A DNA stretch of 64,000 nt from Candidatus Sumerlaeia bacterium (GTDB lineage Bacteria; Sumerlaeota; Sumerlaeia; SLMS01; JANRJK01): positions 32,001 through 96,000 of the forward strand of contig JANRJK010000017.1 of assembly GCA_033764015.1 (NCBI GenBank), read 5' to 3'. This document shows positions 32,969 through 43,182 of this stretch, in pieces (the first letter of the stretch is position 1; each line of letters begins with the position of its first letter). The position numbers and the translations under genes are program-made. The notes under the pieces were generated by a model. The model did not search any database and had not been told where the DNA came from. It saw nothing but the letters and a program-made list of their open reading frames with translations.

Positions 32969-33907
32969 TTAGAGTTGCTTGGTGACCCGGATGAAGACCT
33001 CTTCGAGCGTCGCGCGGTCCTCGCGGAGCTCGCGCAGCGCCCAGTCCTTGTCCCGGGCGAGGCGGTACAGCGCCTCCGCGGGATCGCCGCCGCCGTCCTT
33101 GAACGTCGCGGTCAGCACCGCCGAGCCCTTATTGCCGGCGACCGCCTCCGCCCCGAGGGCGCCCGGCAGTGCGCGCGCCGCCGCCTCGACCTCCTTCGGC
33201 TCCGCGCGGAACTCCGCCCGCACGCGCCGCTCGCCCTTGCGCTGCCCCGTCAGCTCCTCCGGCGTGCCGGAGGCGACGATCTTCCCGCGGGAGATGATGA
33301 TCGCGCGAGAGCAGGTGGCGGCCACCTCTTGCATGATGTGCGTCGACAGCAGCACGGTCTTCGTCTTGCCGATCTCCCGGATCAGGTCGCGGATCTCGAC
33401 GATCTGCGCCGGGTCCAGCGCGCTTGTCGGCTCGTCGAGGATCAGGATGTCGGGATCGTGGATCAGCGCCTGCGCGAGGCCCACGCGCTGCCGGTAGCCG
33501 CGGCTGAGCTGGCCGATGGTCTTTGCGACCACCCCCGCCAGGCCGCAGGAGCGGATAACGTGGTCCAGCCGCTCCTTGCGCTTCGACGAAGGCACCCCGC
33601 GGACGCCGGCCACGAAGCGGAGGAACTCCACAACGCCCATTTCCTCGTAGAGCGGCGTGTTCTCGGGAAGATAGCCCAACGACCGGCGGACCCCGATCGA
33701 GTCGTCGACCACGTCGTGCCCGGCCACCTTCACGGTGCCGCCATCCGGCGCGATGAAGCAGGTGAGGACCTTCATGGTCGTGCTCTTCCCCGCCCCGTTG
33801 GGGCCGAGGAAGCCGACCACTTCGCCCTTGTCGATCTGGAAACTGATGCCGTCCACGGCCCGGGTGGAGCCGTATAGCTTGGTGAGGTTGCTGACGTCGA
33901 TCATCAT
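32969..33907 (-). CDS. GldA-like ABC transporter ATP-binding protein
   Basis: GPNGAGKST, LSRGYRQRVGLAQAL, ILDEPT, LSTH. Confidence 0.93.
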   Translation of the reverse strand: MMIDVSNLTKLYGSTRAVDGISFQIDKGEVVGFLGPNGAGKSTTMKVLTCFIAPDGGTVKVAGHDVVDDSIGVRRSLGYLPENTPLYEEMGVVEFLRFVAGVRGVPSSKRKERLDHVIRSCGLAGVVAKTIGQLSRGYRQRVGLAQALIHDPDILILDEPTSALDPAQIVEIRDLIREIGKTKTVLLSTHIMQEVAATCSRAIIISRGKIVASGTPEELTGQRKGERRVRAEFRAEPKEVEAAARALPGALGAEAVAGNKGSAVLTATFKDGGGDPAEALYRLARDKDWALRELREDRATLEEVFIRVTKQL

Positions 33908-34234
33908 GGACGACGGGTGACAGCCCTTCAGTGGGACAAGATGTCGCGCCCGCGTGCCACCCGAAACCCAAACGACAGGCGTTAAGAGGCCGCAGGCGCC
34001 TGATTGTTCGATCAAAATGGAAGCGATGATCGTTCCAGCTTGGTCCGACCCGTCAGCGACGGAGGCCCGTGGTCGGCGGGACCGGAAAACCCCGAGGCGG
34101 CGGCGTCTGGGGGCTGGGAAAGCGCCGTGCACAAGAAAGCGGCAGGAGGTACCAAGCGGTTCATCGATGGGGCCCCAATCCGGGGAGGTGCATTGACAGG
34201 ACTGGAGTTAGTCGCATCGCGGTGCGATCGCCGA

Positions 34235-34251
34235 TTGGCGTGGCACGTGCA
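34235..34251 (+). promoter_or_regulatory. Candidate sigma54 (-24/-12) promoter
   Basis: TTGGCGTGGCACGTGCA gives GG-N10-GC, about 58 bp upstream of the PilX-like ATG. Confidence 0.5.
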
Positions 34252-34308
34252 TGTAGGGGCCAAACACTTCGGGATTCCCGGATGTTTCTCCCCCTTGGAG
34301 TCGGCGCC

Positions 34309-36279
34309 ATGAAGCCACCAGTATCCCTCAGGACGAGCAAGAGGCCCCAGAAGCACCGGGGCGAAGCGATGCTCATCGCCCTCGGGTTCATCTTCGTCGT
34401 CGGGTTCATCCTCGCGACGATGGTGAACACCGCCACACACCAGCTCCGCCAGACCCACCGCAAGCAGGTTGTGGACGGCTCGCTCACCGCGGCGAAGAAC
34501 GCCATCGCGGCCATGGGCGAAAACGTGGTCTGGATCGTCAACAACCGCCCGCCGCAGCTCAACGGCGCCATCGACGCCATCAACACCTTCGTCCGCTCGA
34601 TCAAGGCTCCGCCCACGCCCGGCGTGGAAATCGTCTCCAGCTACGTCACCGACTGGGGCAGCGCCGAGAACGACTTCGAATGGAACGAAATCACCGACCC
34701 TAACGACTATTGGTACGGCTACACGACGACGCGCCTCGACTACCAGATCGTGGCGATGGCGAAGGACACCACGGCCGCGCCGCTCGCGGCTCAGGGCTTT
34801 CCCGGCGTCGCCATGCGGCGCCGCGTCACGATCGACTACGTGCCGATGTGGGCCTACTGGGCGCTCACCGGCAGCCGCGAAGACCCCTTCGAACTGCACC
34901 CCGGCCCCGACATGGAGGTCCGCGGACGCGTCCACAGCAACGCCGACATGCGCCTGGCGGCAAACACGGGCTTGGCCATCTGGGGCGAGGTGACCTCCGT
35001 TGGACGCTTCTACACCGGCGCCGGCGAGAACTGGAACCGCTCAGGCGACGTGAAGATCGCGACCCGCGCACAGATGGACGCCACGCGCGCCGGCAATCCC
35101 GCATCCAAGGGCAGCCTGCCGGGCATCAAGGGCGCCTCCTCGATGAGCGACCACGCCGCCCCGGGGCTGGGGGGCAACTGGCTCGACTCCTTCGACCCGC
35201 AGTGGGTGCAGCGCGCGACCAGCCGTTGGGGCGGGACGGTGAAGGACGCGGCGATGGGCATCTCCCCCATCAACCCGCCGCTCCCGGAAACCTCCAACCC
35301 CTACACCATGATCGAACGCGTGAAGGCGGATGACTCGGAAGCCGTGAAGGCGATCAAGTTCGAGCAGAACGCCGACCTGAAAATCTACGGCGACCCCGCC
35401 GCCAACCCGGACACCTGGTACGCGGTCGATTTCAACGGAAACCAACTCCCGCTCACATACCGTGTCCAGACTGGCACCGTGAACGGCCAACCGGTCTACG
35501 AGACGCGCAGCGTGGCCCGCGCCACCACCTTCACCGACCGCCGCGACAACAAGACGGTCAAGACGCTCTCCATCGACATGGGGAACCTCGTCCAGTGGCA
35601 GACGGCGCAGGACCTGAACGGCAACCCGCGCAACTTCATCTTCAACACCGGCATCATCTACGCCTCCACCCTGAACAACAACGACACAGGCCCGACGATG
35701 AATTCGGTCCAGCTCGTCAACTCGTCGAAGGTTCCCAACTCCTTCGGCAACAAGGGTATGACGCTCGCCACCGACCGTCCCGTCTACACAGTCGGCAACA
35801 TCAACACCACCGACAAGAAGACGTTCCTCATCGCCGGCGACGCGGTGACGGTCCTTTCGAAGGAGTTCGACGCGAACACGGGTAACAACACCCCCGTCAG
35901 CGTCGACACCACGACCAACATGGTGCTCCTCTTTGGCACCACCCACACCGACCCGAAGAACAAGCAGGACCCGAACAGCTACGTCACCACGGCGGCGACC
36001 AACCAGCTCTCCGGTGGACTCCACAACTCGATGCGGTACTTGGAAAGCTGGGGCTCGCGGCAGCACTTCCACAACGGCTCGCTCCTGATCCTGTTCCGCA
36101 GCAAGGTGGCTAACAGGCCTTGGGGCTTGAGCTACTACAGCCCACCAGTGCGTCGCTACACTTGGGACTCGACCCTCGCGACAAACGAGCCGCCCCCGGG
36201 CATGCCGACCTTCATCTTCGTGCAGGAAGGCGACTGGGAGATGATCGAGCCCTCGCAGGTCGCTGGCTACACGCCCTGA
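34309..36279 (+). CDS. Large PilX-like minor pilin / pilus assembly protein
   Basis: Basic leader then RG/EAMLIALGFIFVVGFIL; VRGRVHSN; C-terminal SGGLHNSMRYLESW...YYSPPVRRYTWD...PPPGMP. Confidence 0.72.
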   Translation: MKPPVSLRTSKRPQKHRGEAMLIALGFIFVVGFILATMVNTATHQLRQTHRKQVVDGSLTAAKNAIAAMGENVVWIVNNRPPQLNGAIDAINTFVRSIKAPPTPGVEIVSSYVTDWGSAENDFEWNEITDPNDYWYGYTTTRLDYQIVAMAKDTTAAPLAAQGFPGVAMRRRVTIDYVPMWAYWALTGSREDPFELHPGPDMEVRGRVHSNADMRLAANTGLAIWGEVTSVGRFYTGAGENWNRSGDVKIATRAQMDATRAGNPASKGSLPGIKGASSMSDHAAPGLGGNWLDSFDPQWVQRATSRWGGTVKDAAMGISPINPPLPETSNPYTMIERVKADDSEAVKAIKFEQNADLKIYGDPAANPDTWYAVDFNGNQLPLTYRVQTGTVNGQPVYETRSVARATTFTDRRDNKTVKTLSIDMGNLVQWQTAQDLNGNPRNFIFNTGIIYASTLNNNDTGPTMNSVQLVNSSKVPNSFGNKGMTLATDRPVYTVGNINTTDKKTFLIAGDAVTVLSKEFDANTGNNTPVSVDTTTNMVLLFGTTHTDPKNKQDPNSYVTTAATNQLSGGLHNSMRYLESWGSRQHFHNGSLLILFRSKVANRPWGLSYYSPPVRRYTWDSTLATNEPPPGMPTFIFVQEGDWEMIEPSQVAGYTP

Positions 36280-36306
36280 TCGACTCGAACACCCTGCAGG
36301 AAACAG

Positions 36307-36334
36307 GAAGGGGCCGCCCGCGGGCGGCCCCTTC
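36307..36334. terminator. Probable intrinsic terminator between the convergent PilX-like gene and lon
   Basis: gaaggggccgcccg/cgggcggccccttc perfect inverted repeat followed by ttcatt. Confidence 0.75.
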
Positions 36335-36369
36335 TTCATTGGTGCGGGACCATCCGGGAGCGGCGGCGG

Positions 36370-38796
36370 TCAGTGCCCCGCCGCGTCCGACCGCGCCGGC
36401 GCGGCGACTCGCGGGGGATGCCCCGCCTTGCCCTTCGCGGCGCCCCGGCCCGCCGGCTCCAGCACGAGCTGGAACACTTCGGCCAGCGTCTTCACCGGAA
36501 GGAACGTCATCTTCGAGCGGACCTCCTTCGGGATGTCCTCGAGGTCGTCCTCGTTGTCCGCGGGGATGACGACCTGGCGGATGCCGAGGCGGTAGGCGGC
36601 GAGGGACTTCTCCTTGAGGCCGCCGATCTTAAGTACCTTGCCGCGCAGCGTCACCTCGCCGGTCATCGCGATGTCCTGCCGGACGGCGCGCTGGGCCAGC
36701 GCGCTGGCCATGCTGGTGGCCATCGTGATGCCGGCGCTCGGTCCGTCCTTCGGGATGCCGCCCTCCGGGATGTGGACGTGGATGTCGATGTCCTTGAACA
36801 GGTCCTCGGCGATGCCGAGTTCGCGGCACCGCGAGCGGATGTGGCTGAGCGCGGTCTTCGCGCTCTCCTGCATCACCTCGCCCAGCTTGCCGGTCAGCGA
36901 CAGGTTGCCCTTGCCGGGCATGGTGGTGGTTTCGACCGGGAGCAGTTCGCCGCCGACGGAAGTCCACGCGAGGCCCAGCGCGACGCCGATCTCCGGCTTG
37001 CGGTCGACCCCGGCGTCCTTGAAGGGCAACGGGCCGAGCATCTGGCGCAGCCGTTCCGCGTCCACGACGACCTGCTTGCGCTTCTTGCCGGGCTCCGCGC
37101 CGGACGAGACGAACTCCTTGGCGATCTTGCGGGCGACGCTGCCGACCTCGCGTTCGAGGTTACGGACGCCGGCTTCCTTGGTGTAGCCGGAGATGAGGAG
37201 CGCGAGCGCGTCGGCGCCGATCTTCACCTGCGACTTCTTCAGGCCGGCGGCCTCGACCTGGCGCGGAATCAGGTACTTCGTCGCGATGTGGCGCTTCTCG
37301 AGGTCGGTGTAGCCCACCAGCCGGATCACTTCCATGCGGTCCAGCAGGGGCAGCGGGATCCCGTCCATGGTGTTCGCCGTCGTGATGAACATCACCTTCG
37401 ACAGGTCGTAGTCGACTTCGAGGTAGTGGTCGTTGAAGGCCTTGTTCTGCTCCGGATCGAGCACCTCGAGGAGCGCGGAGGCGGGGTCGCCGCGGAAGTC
37501 GGCGGACATCTTGTCGATCTCGTCGAGCAGGAAGAGCGGATTGACGACGCCGGCCTTCTTCATGTGCTGGACGATCTTGCCGGGAAGCGCGCCGATGTAG
37601 GTTCGGCGGTGGCCGCGGATCTCCGCCTCGTCGCGGACGCCGCCGAGGGACACGCGGACGAACTCGCGCCCCATGGCGGTCGCGATGGAGCGGGCCAGCG
37701 ACGTCTTGCCGACGCCCGGCGGCCCGACGAAGCACAGGATCGGCCCGCGCGTGGTGCCCGCCAGGCGCACCACCGCGAGGTGCTCCAGGATGCGCTGCTT
37801 GATCTTCTCGAGGCCGTAGTGGTCGCGGTCGAGGATCTGCTCCGCCTTGGCCAGGTCGATCTTGTCCTCCGTCGCCTTCTTCCAGGGCACCTCCGTCATC
37901 CACTCGAGGTACGTGCGCGTGACGGTGGCCTCGGGCGAGAGGGACTGCATCCGGGATAGGCGGCGCACTTCCTTCTCGGCCTTCTCGCGAGCCTCCTCGG
38001 GCATCTCGGCGGCCTTGATCGCCAGCTCCAGCTCGACGATGTCGCTGTCCTCGTCGTGCGAGATGCCGAGTTCGCGCTCGATCGCCTTGAGCTGCTCGTT
38101 GAGGAAGTACTCCCGCTGGCTCCGCCCGATCTGGTTCTTCACCTGCGAGACGATCTTCTGCTCGAGTTCGAGGAGCTGGTTCTCGGCGGCGAGCGTCTCC
38201 TGCAGCAGGCGGAACTTCTCCTCGTGCGAGGACGCCGCGAGGACGCGCTGCTTGTCCGCCGTCTTCAGCCCGGCGTAGTGCGCCACGGAGTTGATGAGCG
38301 AGTCCGGGTCGTCGATCTTCTGGATGTTCGAGAGCAGGTCGTCCGGGATCTTCTCGGAGAGGCGCGCGTACTCGGCGAAGCTGGCGTTGAGGATGCGCAT
38401 CATGGCGCGGCCGCGGTTGCCCTTCGCGGCGTCGCGGGGCGCCCGCAGCGTGAGCGCCTGGATGATGCGCTCCGTCTCGGTGTACTCGATCGAGCGCGCG
38501 ATGTACTGCCCCTCGATCAGCACCTTCGCCGAGCCGTCCGGCACGCGCAGCACCTGGAGCACCTCGCAGACGGTGCCGATGGTTTCGAGCTCCTTCGCGC
38601 TCGGCGAGTCGGTGTCGGGGTTGGATTGGAGCGTGGCGAGCAGGAGCTTGTCGCGCCCGATGGCGTCCTCGAGGGCGGCGAGGCTCTTGGGCCGGACCAC
38701 GAAGAGCGGGGTGATGCAGTTCGGGAAAACCACCAGGTCCCGGAGCGGAAGCACCGGCAGGATTTTCGACTCGAAGCTGATTTCGTTGAGTTCCAT
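36370..38796 (-). CDS. lon: ATP-dependent Lon protease (LonA)
   Basis: [39 protein letters not shown] (Ser), IGGLKEK (Lys). Confidence 0.97.
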   Translation of the reverse strand: MELNEISFESKILPVLPLRDLVVFPNCITPLFVVRPKSLAALEDAIGRDKLLLATLQSNPDTDSPSAKELETIGTVCEVLQVLRVPDGSAKVLIEGQYIARSIEYTETERIIQALTLRAPRDAAKGNRGRAMMRILNASFAEYARLSEKIPDDLLSNIQKIDDPDSLINSVAHYAGLKTADKQRVLAASSHEEKFRLLQETLAAENQLLELEQKIVSQVKNQIGRSQREYFLNEQLKAIERELGISHDEDSDIVELELAIKAAEMPEEAREKAEKEVRRLSRMQSLSPEATVTRTYLEWMTEVPWKKATEDKIDLAKAEQILDRDHYGLEKIKQRILEHLAVVRLAGTTRGPILCFVGPPGVGKTSLARSIATAMGREFVRVSLGGVRDEAEIRGHRRTYIGALPGKIVQHMKKAGVVNPLFLLDEIDKMSADFRGDPASALLEVLDPEQNKAFNDHYLEVDYDLSKVMFITTANTMDGIPLPLLDRMEVIRLVGYTDLEKRHIATKYLIPRQVEAAGLKKSQVKIGADALALLISGYTKEAGVRNLEREVGSVARKIAKEFVSSGAEPGKKRKQVVVDAERLRQMLGPLPFKDAGVDRKPEIGVALGLAWTSVGGELLPVETTTMPGKGNLSLTGKLGEVMQESAKTALSHIRSRCRELGIAEDLFKDIDIHVHIPEGGIPKDGPSAGITMATSMASALAQRAVRQDIAMTGEVTLRGKVLKIGGLKEKSLAAYRLGIRQVVIPADNEDDLEDIPKEVRSKMTFLPVKTLAEVFQLVLEPAGRGAAKGKAGHPPRVAAPARSDAAGH

Positions 38797-39014
38797 GAAG
38801 GGGTCCCGAGTGCATCGATTTGCGCCGCCGGCGGCCGTCCGGAGCGATGGCGCGCGATTGGCCCGCGGGAAATGCACGAATCGCGCCGCCAGCCGCACCC
38901 CCGAAAGTACCCTCCGGCGCCGCACAGCGTACAGTGGGAAGATGCCCCCGAGCACCGATTGCCCCGCGCCGCCGCGCCGCGCCCAATCGGCGCAACCTCC
39001 CGGAGGCACGCGCC

Positions 39015-40133
39015 ATGGCCGACTGCGCCGTTTCCCGAATCGCGATCCTGACCGGCGGCGGCGACTGCCCGGGCCTCAACGCCGTCATCCGCGCCATCGT
39101 CAAGACCGCCATCAACAAGTACCACGTCGATTGCTACGGGGTCCTCGACGGCTTCCACGGACTGATCTACCGCCGCGCCCAGCAGCTTCACGGCGCCGAG
39201 GTGTCCGGCATCCTCACGCTTGGCGGCACCATCCTTGGCAGCAGCAACAGGCACAACCCCTTCGCCCACCACATGACCATCAACGGCACCGACCAAGTGG
39301 TCGACGTCTCCGACGAATGCGTGGACTTCATTCAGCAGCAGGGTTGGGACTGCCTCATCGCGATCGGCGGCGACGGCACGCTGACGATGGGGCTCCAGTT
39401 CGCCCAGAAGGGCATGAACGTGGTCGGCGTGCCCAAGACCATCGACAACGACCTGTCGGCCACGGACTACACGTTCGGCTTCCACACGGCGGTGCAGACC
39501 GCGGTGGAGGCCATCGACCGGCTGCACACCACGGCGCTTTCGCACCACCGGGCGCTGGTGGTCGAGATGATGGGGCGCTACGCGGGGCACCTCGCCCTGC
39601 ACGCCGGCATCGCCGGCGGCGGCGATGTGATCCTGATCCCGGAAATCCCTTTCGACATCGACATCGTCGCGAAGGAGGTGCTCAGCCGTTCGCGCCGCGG
39701 GAAGCGCGCCTCGATCATCGTCGTCGCGGAAGGCGCCAAGCCCATAGGCGGCGACGTTACCGTCGCGCAGATGGTGAAGGATTCGCCCGATCCGGTCCGC
39801 CTCGGCGGCGTGGCGCACGTGATCGCGGCGCAGCTCTCGGCCAAGACCGGCATCGAAACCCGCGCGACCGTGCTGGGGCACCTCCAGCGGGGCGGCACAC
39901 CCGTCGCCGTGGACCGCATCCTGTCGACGCGCTTCGGCTTCCACGCGATGGAGATGGCGGCTGCGGGGCGCTTCGGGCGCATGGTAGCCGCACAAGGCGA
40001 CGAAATCGTGGACGTCCCGCTGGAGGACGCCGTGCACCAGCTCAAGAAAGTGAGCATGACAGACGACTTGATCGCCGCGGCTCGCGCGACCGGCGTCTGC
40101 CTCGGTGATCGGCTTGAGGGAGTGGTTCTCTAG
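39015..40133 (+). CDS. pfkA: 6-phosphofructokinase (group III type, probably ATP-dependent)
   Basis: [48 protein letters not shown]. Confidence 0.93.
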   Translation: MADCAVSRIAILTGGGDCPGLNAVIRAIVKTAINKYHVDCYGVLDGFHGLIYRRAQQLHGAEVSGILTLGGTILGSSNRHNPFAHHMTINGTDQVVDVSDECVDFIQQQGWDCLIAIGGDGTLTMGLQFAQKGMNVVGVPKTIDNDLSATDYTFGFHTAVQTAVEAIDRLHTTALSHHRALVVEMMGRYAGHLALHAGIAGGGDVILIPEIPFDIDIVAKEVLSRSRRGKRASIIVVAEGAKPIGGDVTVAQMVKDSPDPVRLGGVAHVIAAQLSAKTGIETRATVLGHLQRGGTPVAVDRILSTRFGFHAMEMAAAGRFGRMVAAQGDEIVDVPLEDAVHQLKKVSMTDDLIAAARATGVCLGDRLEGVVL

Positions 40134-40801
40134 CGCCTTGGCGTTGCAGCCTTCGCGGCGGGCTTCCAGCTCGCCGCGGGCCAGCGGGCCGCCTTCGCGG
40201 GCCCGGAGTCCACGACCGGCAGCGCGCGCACCGGCGCGTCGTCCAGCCGGCGCTCGTAGTCCACCGAACCCTCCACGCCGTCGTGGACCAGGCGCTCCTT
40301 GAAGTGCGGATGGTCCGACAGCGCGAGGGCCACACTGTCGGGGGCGTCCTCCGCGACGGTGAACTCCAGTTCGAGGAGCGTCCCCTTCGCGACGCCGGCG
40401 GGCAGCACAGCGGCGACCAGGAACGTGTCGCGGCCGTCGGCGAGCGGCGCGCCCTTGGACACCTCGATGCGCGCGGTGCGGTCCGGGCAGGCCACCACGA
40501 CCGGATGCGCCAAGGCACCAGCGGTGGCCTCGATGCGGAGTGTCGCCATGGTGACGGGGCTCGGGGCGCTTTCGAGCACGACGCGGAACCGCATGGGGCG
40601 GCCCCGTTCGAGCGGGGCGCCGTCGGAGGGCTCGAGGCGCACGGCGGGGAGCTTCTCCAGGCGGACGCGGCGGTACTCGGGGGGAGCCTTCGGAGCCTGC
40701 GCGGGGGCGGGCTCGGGGCGGGCGCGCTCCTGCGCGTGGCCGCACACCGCGAAGGCGAGCAGGCAGGCGGCGGAGACCGCGGCGGCGCGGCGGATGTTCA
40801 T
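40130..40801 (-). CDS. Secreted hypothetical protein, possible cohesin/Ig-like beta-sandwich
   Basis: Signal peptide MNIRRAAAVSAACLLAFAVCGHA; GGAGG RBS; GTLLELEFTVAEDAP. Confidence 0.65.
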   Translation of the reverse strand: MNIRRAAAVSAACLLAFAVCGHAQERARPEPAPAQAPKAPPEYRRVRLEKLPAVRLEPSDGAPLERGRPMRFRVVLESAPSPVTMATLRIEATAGALAHPVVVACPDRTARIEVSKGAPLADGRDTFLVAAVLPAGVAKGTLLELEFTVAEDAPDSVALALSDHPHFKERLVHDGVEGSVDYERRLDDAPVRALPVVDSGPAKAARWPAASWKPAAKAATPRR

Positions 40802-40890
40802 GGCGAATTCCTCCAAGCCGGTTCCGGGAACGCGTGGCGCACCCTGCATGTCACGACCCCTCGGGAACGCGCAAGGATTGGCCCGGTGCC

Positions 40891-43107
40891 TCAGCGCACC
40901 ATGAATCCGTTCGCGGAGCTCCGTCGGGCGCGCGATAGGATCACCGCCGAGTAGGCCGGCAAGGCGACAGCGCCCCGCTGCGCGTATCCGTGCTGGGGGC
41001 TGGGCGTCGTGGTCACGACCTGCCCGACTCCGAAGTCGCCGAAGTCGCTGCTGTACCGCTTCGAGTCGGTATTGATCGCCTCGTACCACGTGCCCGCCTG
41101 CGGAAGGCCGATTTCGAACACGGGGTAGCTGGTGGAGGAGAGGTTCATGAGAACCACGACGTCGTCGCCGGGCGCGCCGCCTTCCTGCCAGCGGCGGTAG
41201 GCGAAGACCTTGATGTTGTTCAGGTTCAGGAACACCTCGGTCCGGTCGCTGGTGAGGCCCCGGGAGATGCCGTCCGCGTTGCGCCGAAGCCGGATCAAGT
41301 CCGCGTAAAGGTTTTTGATCCCGCCGTTGATCGTGCTGTTCGCGAGGCTCCACGTCGTGGCGACGGTGTCGTTCCAGCCCCCGGAGATGTGCAGCTCCTG
41401 GCCCTGGAACAGCATCGGGATCCCCTCCGAGGTGGCCCAAAGGGCCGCCGCGAGGGAGCCCGAGCGGCGCGAGCGGAGGCCTTGCGGGTCCGGCGTGTCG
41501 TAGCGCTGCGCCGTGCGGAACTTGTTGTTCGCCGTCCAGACTTCGTCGTGCGACTCGAGGTAATGCACGCGGGTGAAGCCGATCCCGTCGTCGATCTGGG
41601 CCGCGAGGACCTCTGTGCTGCGATTCGCGTCCACCGACTTTTCCAGCTCGCCCACCACCGCGCTGTGGAAGCCCACCTCCCATTCCGCCTGGAAGCCGAA
41701 ACCGTTCGGATTGCTGGTGGGCGTCGTGATCAGCGGCTCCCCGCCCAGGTCCTCCGCGATGCGGATGGCATCGGGATGGTTCGCCGCCATGAAGTCGTTG
41801 ATCTCGCGGAGCAGCGAGACGCCGTCGGGGATTGGCGCGGTGATATTGAATCCGCCGTCCACCTGCCCGCGGATGCCCTTGGTGAAGTCCCACCGGAAGC
41901 CGTCGACCCGGAACTCCTCCAGCCAGAACTGGATGTTGTCCTTGATGTAATCGCGAACTTCCGGCGTGGAATAGTTGGGGCGCGGTCCGAAGGGGGTTTC
42001 GGCGAGGGAGGTAGGCGTGTTGTAGAAGTACGCCCCTCCGTTCGTGCCGCCGTCGAAGTTGTACAGGTCGAGGTCCGTCGGGCCGTAGTGGTTGTGGACC
42101 ACGTCGAGGATCACGCCGATGCCGCGCAGGTGGCACTGGCGGATGAACTCCTTCAGGTCGGCGGTGCGCCCGTAGTTCGCCTCCACCGTGTAGGGGTTCA
42201 TCTTGTTGTAGCCGGCCGAGATGCCGCCGGCGAACTCGGAGATCGGCATCAGCTTCACCGCGTTCACGCCGAGGTCCGCGAGGTAGTCGAGCCGCGTCTG
42301 CGCGTTCACGAAGGTCGACGGTACCGGCGCGGTGAGCGCTTCGAAGGTGCCGATGTGGAGTTGGTAGATCACCAGCTCGTTCGCGGGGGGCATCGTGAAG
42401 TTGTCGTTCTGCCAGTTGAACGTGGCCGGATCGACGATGCGCGAGTCGCCGACGGAGTTGACCAGCTCGCGGGAGCGCGGGTCCTGACGGAAGTTCGAGC
42501 CGTTCAGGACGTACTTGTAGGTGTTGTTCCGCGCGGCGTTCGGGATGAAGGCGGACCAGATGTTCGTGGCGCCTTCCTCCCGCATCGCGTTGGCCGTGGT
42601 GCTGAACCCGTTGAAGGAACCCGCGACCGAAGCGGAGGTCGAGTTGGGCGTCCAGACGCGGAACACGACGCCGAAGCCCTCCGCGGCGGAGAGCTGCGTC
42701 GCGCCCATCGGGTATCCCGAGAGGTCGATCCAGAAGCGCCAGTCGCGCTGGCTGTTATTGTCGAAGATCGTGCTCGACGCGTTCCGGAACACGAAGTCGA
42801 CGTTCGTCGCGTTCTGGGGGAAGGTGAAGGTGAAGCTCCAGCGGTTGCCGCCGAGGGAGGTCATCTGCGGCTGCTGGATGTTCTGGAAGCCGTTGAAGCC
42901 GTAGTAGAAGTGGACCGGCGACGCGCCCGCGAGGGGCCCGCCGGTGGCGTCGTAGGTGACCGTCACCTGGTCGCCGCGGTCGAACACCGCGGGCGCAAGG
43001 GTCGCCGTGCCCTGCTGCGCCTGCGCGGCGGCTCCCGCGATCGCCAATCCGGCCGCGAGCGCCGCCCGCCGGCATCCTGTCCCCGTACGCTTCCGCATCG
43101 TCGCCAT
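40891..43107 (-). CDS. Secreted GH13 alpha-amylase family protein (branching-enzyme/MTHase-like core) with N-terminal CBM25-like and CBM48-like modules
   Basis: Signal peptide; FRVWTPN, IYQLHIGTF, DVVHNHYGP, DGFRWD, IAED, SHDE, PMLFQGQE. Confidence 0.88.
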   Translation of the reverse strand: MATMRKRTGTGCRRAALAAGLAIAGAAAQAQQGTATLAPAVFDRGDQVTVTYDATGGPLAGASPVHFYYGFNGFQNIQQPQMTSLGGNRWSFTFTFPQNATNVDFVFRNASSTIFDNNSQRDWRFWIDLSGYPMGATQLSAAEGFGVVFRVWTPNSTSASVAGSFNGFSTTANAMREEGATNIWSAFIPNAARNNTYKYVLNGSNFRQDPRSRELVNSVGDSRIVDPATFNWQNDNFTMPPANELVIYQLHIGTFEALTAPVPSTFVNAQTRLDYLADLGVNAVKLMPISEFAGGISAGYNKMNPYTVEANYGRTADLKEFIRQCHLRGIGVILDVVHNHYGPTDLDLYNFDGGTNGGAYFYNTPTSLAETPFGPRPNYSTPEVRDYIKDNIQFWLEEFRVDGFRWDFTKGIRGQVDGGFNITAPIPDGVSLLREINDFMAANHPDAIRIAEDLGGEPLITTPTSNPNGFGFQAEWEVGFHSAVVGELEKSVDANRSTEVLAAQIDDGIGFTRVHYLESHDEVWTANNKFRTAQRYDTPDPQGLRSRRSGSLAAALWATSEGIPMLFQGQELHISGGWNDTVATTWSLANSTINGGIKNLYADLIRLRRNADGISRGLTSDRTEVFLNLNNIKVFAYRRWQEGGAPGDDVVVLMNLSSTSYPVFEIGLPQAGTWYEAINTDSKRYSSDFGDFGVGQVVTTTPSPQHGYAQRGAVALPAYSAVILSRARRSSANGFMVR

Positions 43108-43182
43108 GGCCCTACCTCCGGTCCGTAGGCTTTAGCCTGCCGCCCTCCCGGTCAAGCGATCCACGACACGCCGCAGAGGGTG

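Noticed and set aside
34193..34222. TTGACA upstream of the PilX-like gene
   Set aside because: No acceptable -10 hexamer at 16-18 bp spacing
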